Shown here piece after piece: positions 62,201 to 64,000 of a stretch of 64,000 nt of DNA; positions within the stretch are counted from its first letter, which is position 1; every line of letters begins with the position of its first letter. The notes under the pieces were generated by a model that was not told the DNA's origin, searched no databases, and saw nothing but the letters and a program-made list of their open reading frames with translations. Made by a program: the position numbers and the translations under genes. Source of the DNA: Podarcis cretensis (Eukaryota); NCBI GenBank assembly GCA_951804945.1, contig OX638152.1, forward strand, positions 67,332,001 through 67,396,000, in the 5' to 3' direction.

Positions 62201-63780
62201 TGTGGGTGCAATGATGACCTCTATGCCACTCGCCCCACTCACTATCTCGTTGGTCATGAGGTGTTATGGGGTGGTTACTTTTTTCTACTGTTAGAAGAGT
62301 TGACACTCTTTCCCACTTCCTTTTCCAGATCTATGCACTTTTCAAAGCTCAGATTAATTCTACTGGACAACACTTTTACCCTGATCCCTTGGGAAAGCAA
62401 AGTGTGTTTGTGCATGCACTTTATTTTTGTTTGTCTTGATGGGGGCAGGGCAACCTCTGTTCTGTCAAGTGCACAACTAGCAGCACCATAAAGGGGAACA
62501 GCTCCTCCTTAGATTCTTCAAGATTCCACCATTCAAAATTCATCAGAGTAAAAGCTGATGAATTCTGCCAATCCTAGCCAGATCAGACTGGCTAATCACG
62601 TAGGTGAGAGGAGCAAAAGCAACCATTTCCTGACATTATCGTTCTCAGTTTCTTTTAATAATAGTTTTTCATCAATTACAAGACAACTTAAAAACTCACT
62701 CTAATTTTTATTATACAGTCTCATGACTTAAAAAGTTAACACCTCCAACAGAATTTTTGCTATATCATCACTTTGCCATAAAGACTTCTAACCTTGCTGA
62801 GCGCAATAGAGCAACAACAGCTGTGGTGAAAAGATATAATCACAGAACAGGATAAATGCTTATATTTTTATAAAATAAAAAGGGTGTATGATCTCTACTC
62901 TAAAAGGCCAACATCTGATAAATACTTTCAGAAATGCAGTAAAACTTTTCCTGTTTGAGCTGGCAATCAACACTAATACAAAAACACATATCCAATTTTA
63001 CTCTAATTGGGTATTGTGCTTTATTTTTAACTGTTACCCTTCCTGAGCACAGAAACAGAACTAAAACATTTTCAGGTGTGTCATAACTAGTTTCATCGTG
63101 GAATTTGTGGACCACTATGGAGAACAATCTTGTACAAGCTTTGACGCCTGTTGCTGTTGTCCTGTTTTTCGCTTGCTAGGAAACAAATGACAGAGTGAAT
63201 TTGTTCACATCCAAAATGTTTTTGGCTTCTGCAGTATTTTTTTTTTTTTAAGCATGTACTAATCCTGTCACAAGTAGCAGAGTACTTCATTAACAAATGT
63301 ACTTGGGATTTGGTAAGCAAGTTAAAGCATTCTTAAAACAACTACTTTGAAGAGAGAGAAAAAGCTAGTGGTCTTTTTCTTTAAGTTTTACAACTGCCAG
63401 TGTAAACACTCCTGCGATAAATAGTCCAAAGTGCTTTGTCCCAAAACACAAGGTTCCAATTCTGGTGCATCAGTCAAATTATTAACTTGACAATTCCAAG
63501 TGGGTTGACTGCTTTAAGGTCCCAAACAGAAAACAGGATGTGTTGCTGGGCTCTTGTGAGCCATTCTTTTTCATCTCACTAACCCTGCTTCAGCTACAAC
63601 CTTGTCGAAAATAAACTCTGAAAATATTGTCACCTTTACATCTACAGAACTACTTGAGTGGCAGGTCAACAGAAACTGATGGGCTATTACTGCCTATATA
63701 CACTAGTCTTGGAGGATTCTCTTTCTCTGCTAGGCCACTCTGGTGAGTCCAATCCAGAACCCTTCCTTTTCCCTCTAGAG

Positions 63781-63963
63781 CAGGGGTAGTCAACCTTTTT
63801 ATATCTACCGCCCACTAATGCATCTTTCTGGATGGTAAAATTTCCTTACCGCCCACCAGTGCTCAATGGAAGGATTCAGCTTGTGCCGTAGAACCCCCTA
63901 CCGCCCACCTAGAATCCTGAAACGCCCAGTAGTGGGTGGTAGGGACCAGGTTGACAGCCCCTG
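63781..63963. mobile_element. hAT (Charlie-like) MITE
   Basis: TIRs caggggtagtcaacct / aggttgacagcccctg; perfect 8-bp TSD ctctagag (63773-63780, 63964-63971). Confidence 0.92.
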
Positions 63964-64000
63964 CTCTAGAGCTAGAGACACTTGGGGTGGGGAGATTGTT

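Overview
Eukaryotic (vertebrate) genomic DNA, not prokaryotic. The repeats (Sauria SINE, tRNA-derived SINEs with CR1 tails, BovB, squamate L2/CR1/Tx1-L1, hAT and Tc1/mariner MITEs) indicate a squamate, most likely a lacertid lizard. The window holds most of one minus-strand gene, REPS2 (RALBP1-associated Eps-domain protein 2 / POB1). I reconstructed 17 coding exons (orthologous exons 2-18, 61070 down to the TGA at 14174) with GT-AG boundaries and consistent phases: 1728 nt, 575 aa plus stop. A ~4.9 kb 3'UTR runs to an AATAAA at 9311-9316. Exon 1 lies beyond the right edge, and ~1-9.2 kb is downstream intergenic DNA. Almost all ORFs in the supplied track are spurious or TE fragments. I found no CRISPR array, rRNA, intact tRNA or convincing novel multi-gene system. 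The most interesting signals are candidate extra/alternative REPS2 exons absent from the canonical human protein as I recall it (78 nt, 54 nt, 26 nt and others), an unusual excess of AAG splice acceptors, and several structured or nested repeat arrangements. Comparisons to human REPS1/REPS2 are from memory, not from a database search.
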